A stretch of 64,000 nt of DNA from Mycoplasma sp. CAG:776 (GTDB lineage Bacteria > Bacillota_I > Bacilli_A > RF39 > UBA660): the NCBI GenBank assembly GCA_000438195.1, contig FR903071.1, positions 87,394 to 151,393 on the forward strand, written 5' to 3'. The notes under the pieces were generated by a model. It searched no databases. It was given only the letters and a program-made list of their open reading frames with translations, and was not told the DNA's origin. Every line of letters starts with the position of its first letter. The stretch's first letter is position 1. A program made the position numbers and the translations under genes. Positions 61,776-64,000 of the stretch are shown here, piece after piece.

Positions 61776-64000
61776 CTAAATTTCTGAAACATATTCAAGT
61801 AGTTTTATAAACATTCTTACGAAAACATCTTTTAAACCTTTTCTTTTTAATTTCCTAATTTCAATTCTTTTTTTGTTAGTCTCCATTGTACTAAACATAA
61901 TTGCTGCAATCATTTCTTTTAATTCAGTTTTGATTTTGGCATCATTAATAATTGAATTGATATCTTCATTAATTAATCTAACCGCATCTATTTCGATATC
62001 TCGTCCTTTACAATTAATTGTTAATTGACTAGTTGTTGGGATGTTTTTAGCTATTACGACAAAGTCATTTTCATCAGTAAAACTTTCTATTGGGATTTCT
62101 GTATCATTAATATACGCAGTTACATCTTCTGCTTCTCTAGTATTTCTAAAGCGAATCTTATAAGTTCTGTTATTTGGTATTATTCCAGTCTTTCCTTCAA
62201 TTGGTCTTATAATTAAAGTGTAATTGTTGGCTAAATAGTTATAATCAATCGCTGTTATAATATAATATCCCTCTTCATTTAATCTTGATAAGCCATCATC
62301 TTCATATAATTTATAAATATTACTTCTTCCGGGGAATACATGAATTTCTAATCCTTCTGGTGGATTCGTATCATTTAAATTCTCTCCTAATATTCCTAAA
62401 GGAATAATGGAACCACTTTTTGCAAATACCGGATAATCTTCATCTTTATAGAAGGCAACATATTTTCTATTGCCCGGAAACTTCTTCCCCGTTTTAAAAT
62501 CATACCATGTTCCTTTTGGCAAAAATATTTGTTCTACACATCTGTTCATAATATTATCTTGTTTTTTCGTTATTGCTTTTACTAATAATTCACTTCCAAA
62601 ATAATATTCATTCTTATAAGCTGGTTCATCATATACTTCAGGATAACTATAATATAAAGGTTGAATTAATGGTAACCCAGTCTTATGATACTTATATCCT
62701 TCCGTATATAAATAAGGAATTAATCTTTGTCTTAAATGACAATATTCTTTGGCAATGGTATATGTTTTAATATCCCAACTCCAAGGTTCTCTTTTATAAT
62801 AGTGTCCTCTTTCACAAGCTAATCTAAATATTGGGCTAAAAGTACCAAACTGTACATATCTAATATATAGTTCACTATCTTCCATTCCACCTTTAAATCC
62901 CCCAATATCATGACTCCACCATGATATACCAAAGTTTGAGGCACTAGAATTAAAACTTGGTAAATAATTTAGGGTATCAAAGCCAACACTTGTTTTACCA
63001 GAATAGTGCACTCCATATAGGTGGCTAGCTACTAAATTATTTCTTGAAAATAAGAATGGCCTTTTATGATTATCTCTATAATAATTCATAAAATGATAAT
63101 GATTTAAAGCTTTTAAAGTTTCAAAATCATAGTTATAGTCAATCCAGTAAAAGTCTACTCCTAGACTATCTAATGGCTTTATTAAATGATTAAAATAAAT
63201 TGCTAAAAAGGTTTTATCAAAAACATTAAAAGGTATTCTTCTTGTATTAATTAAACCAAGCTCGGTTGCTATCATACGGAATTGTTCTTCATGTTCTCCA
63301 ATTCCTTCTACAGGATCTAGGTTAATTCCTACTCTTACTCCACGTTCATGCATGTAAGTTGTAAACTCATAAGGATCAGGGAATAATTCCTTAGAAAAAG
63401 TAAATCCAGTTTTAAATTTATTTAAATCCCTTTTATCTTTTAAATGCCAAAATTCATTTAATAATAAAACTGATATTGGTATTCCATGTAAATTGAAGGC
63501 TTTAATTAACTTTTTGGTATCTTCAAAAGAATAAATAATGTCTCTATTCCACCATATTCCTAAAGCATATCTTGGAAGAAGTGGTGGAAGCCCTGTTAAA
63601 GTAAAATAATCTTTTAAACACAAACCAAAATCTCTTCGATAAATAAATAAGTAAGTATCTATTCTTTTTTCAGTTGGTTTTACTAAAAAACCGTCATCCA
63701 TAAATACTAAGCTTCTTGAATCGTCAAAAGAAGCAAAACCATCTGTAGAATATAACCCCTTTTTTAAAGCACTTTTCATATTTTTATCAAGTGATACTTT
63801 TGTTGCTCCAAAATTACGGGCTTCCGGATGATTAAAATACCATATTTTATCACTATTCATCAGTCCTACTTTTAAGTTTTGATCTGGAGCATATTTTGGC
63901 CCAATAAATGGTCTTCCTTTTACATACTGTAAAACAAAATATTTGGTTTGGATTACTAGTGTTTTATCATTTTCTTCTACTTGAAACTCAGGTACACTAA
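61776..64000 (-). CDS. Glycoside hydrolase family 31 (alpha-glucosidase/alpha-xylosidase-like), N-terminus beyond window end
   Basis: Catalytic nucleophile region DFYWIDYNYD and downstream acid/base region WSHDIGGF. Frame stays open upstream of the track start at 63860 and GH31 N-domain appears missing, so probably a partial gene. Confidence 0.8.
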   Translation of the reverse strand, partial: SVPEFQVEENDKTLVIQTKYFVLQYVKGRPFIGPKYAPDQNLKVGLMNSDKIWYFNHPEARNFGATKVSLDKNMKSALKKGLYSTDGFASFDDSRSLVFMDDGFLVKPTEKRIDTYLFIYRRDFGLCLKDYFTLTGLPPLLPRYALGIWWNRDIIYSFEDTKKLIKAFNLHGIPISVLLLNEFWHLKDKRDLNKFKTGFTFSKELFPDPYEFTTYMHERGVRVGINLDPVEGIGEHEEQFRMIATELGLINTRRIPFNVFDKTFLAIYFNHLIKPLDSLGVDFYWIDYNYDFETLKALNHYHFMNYYRDNHKRPFLFSRNNLVASHLYGVHYSGKTSVGFDTLNYLPSFNSSASNFGISWWSHDIGGFKGGMEDSELYIRYVQFGTFSPIFRLACERGHYYKREPWSWDIKTYTIAKEYCHLRQRLIPYLYTEGYKYHKTGLPLIQPLYYSYPEVYDEPAYKNEYYFGSELLVKAITKKQDNIMNRCVEQIFLPKGTWYDFKTGKKFPGNRKYVAFYKDEDYPVFAKSGSIIPLGILGENLNDTNPPEGLEIHVFPGRSNIYKLYEDDGLSRLNEEGYYIITAIDYNYLANNYTLIIRPIEGKTGIIPNNRTYKIRFRNTREAEDVTAYINDTEIPIESFTDENDFVVIAKNIPTTSQLTINCKGRDIEIDAVRLINEDINSIINDAKIKTELKEMIAAIMFSTMETNKKRIEIRKLKRKGLKDVFVRMFIKLLEYVSEI

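Overview
Low-GC chromosomal segment from an endospore-forming Firmicute (Bacillus-like synteny; lineage otherwise uncertain). Evidence for sporulation: a spoVAC-spoVAD-spoVAEb operon, a SirA-like protein and SpoVE/FtsW, with scpA-scpB and rlmB followed by a SigH-like sigma factor in Bacillus-like order. Core genes include two heterodimeric ABC exporter subunits, HU, a Ca-type P-type ATPase, a TIGR01212 radical SAM protein, MurD, a SEDS protein, an LCP protein, a PAP2 phosphatase, a MacB/FtsX-type ABC pair, SanA/YdcF, a three-component glycan-modification locus (GT2 / small membrane protein / GtrA / large polytopic membrane protein), CorA, a TasA/camelysin-like protein, leuS behind a T-box leader, and a GH31 glycosidase running off the window end. 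Two tRNAs: Leu(CAA) on + and Cys(GCA) on -. Accessory content: (1) a module found twice, 13 kb apart, each copy a divergent pair of a TM-anchored secreted protein with conserved ends and a variable core plus a tandem-HTH XRE regulator, followed by a conserved non-coding tail; (2) a minus-strand operon of four pilin-like small proteins with a shared non-canonical N-terminus plus a degenerate ParA/TadZ-like protein; (3) a ~6 kb island next to tRNA-Leu bounded by imperfect 25-bp direct repeats, carrying a frameshifted large serine recombinase, a retropepsin-like/SEC-C protein with a small partner, and a class II Fic gene bracketed by 78-bp direct repeats; (4) an orphan ClpX-like AAA+ ATPase operonic with an MmcQ/YjbR protein, beside a cluster of GNAT, ClbS-like and DUF3781-like genes. 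No CRISPR array or rRNA seen. Coordinates I derived myself (tRNAs, repeats, hairpins) may be off by 1-2 nt.
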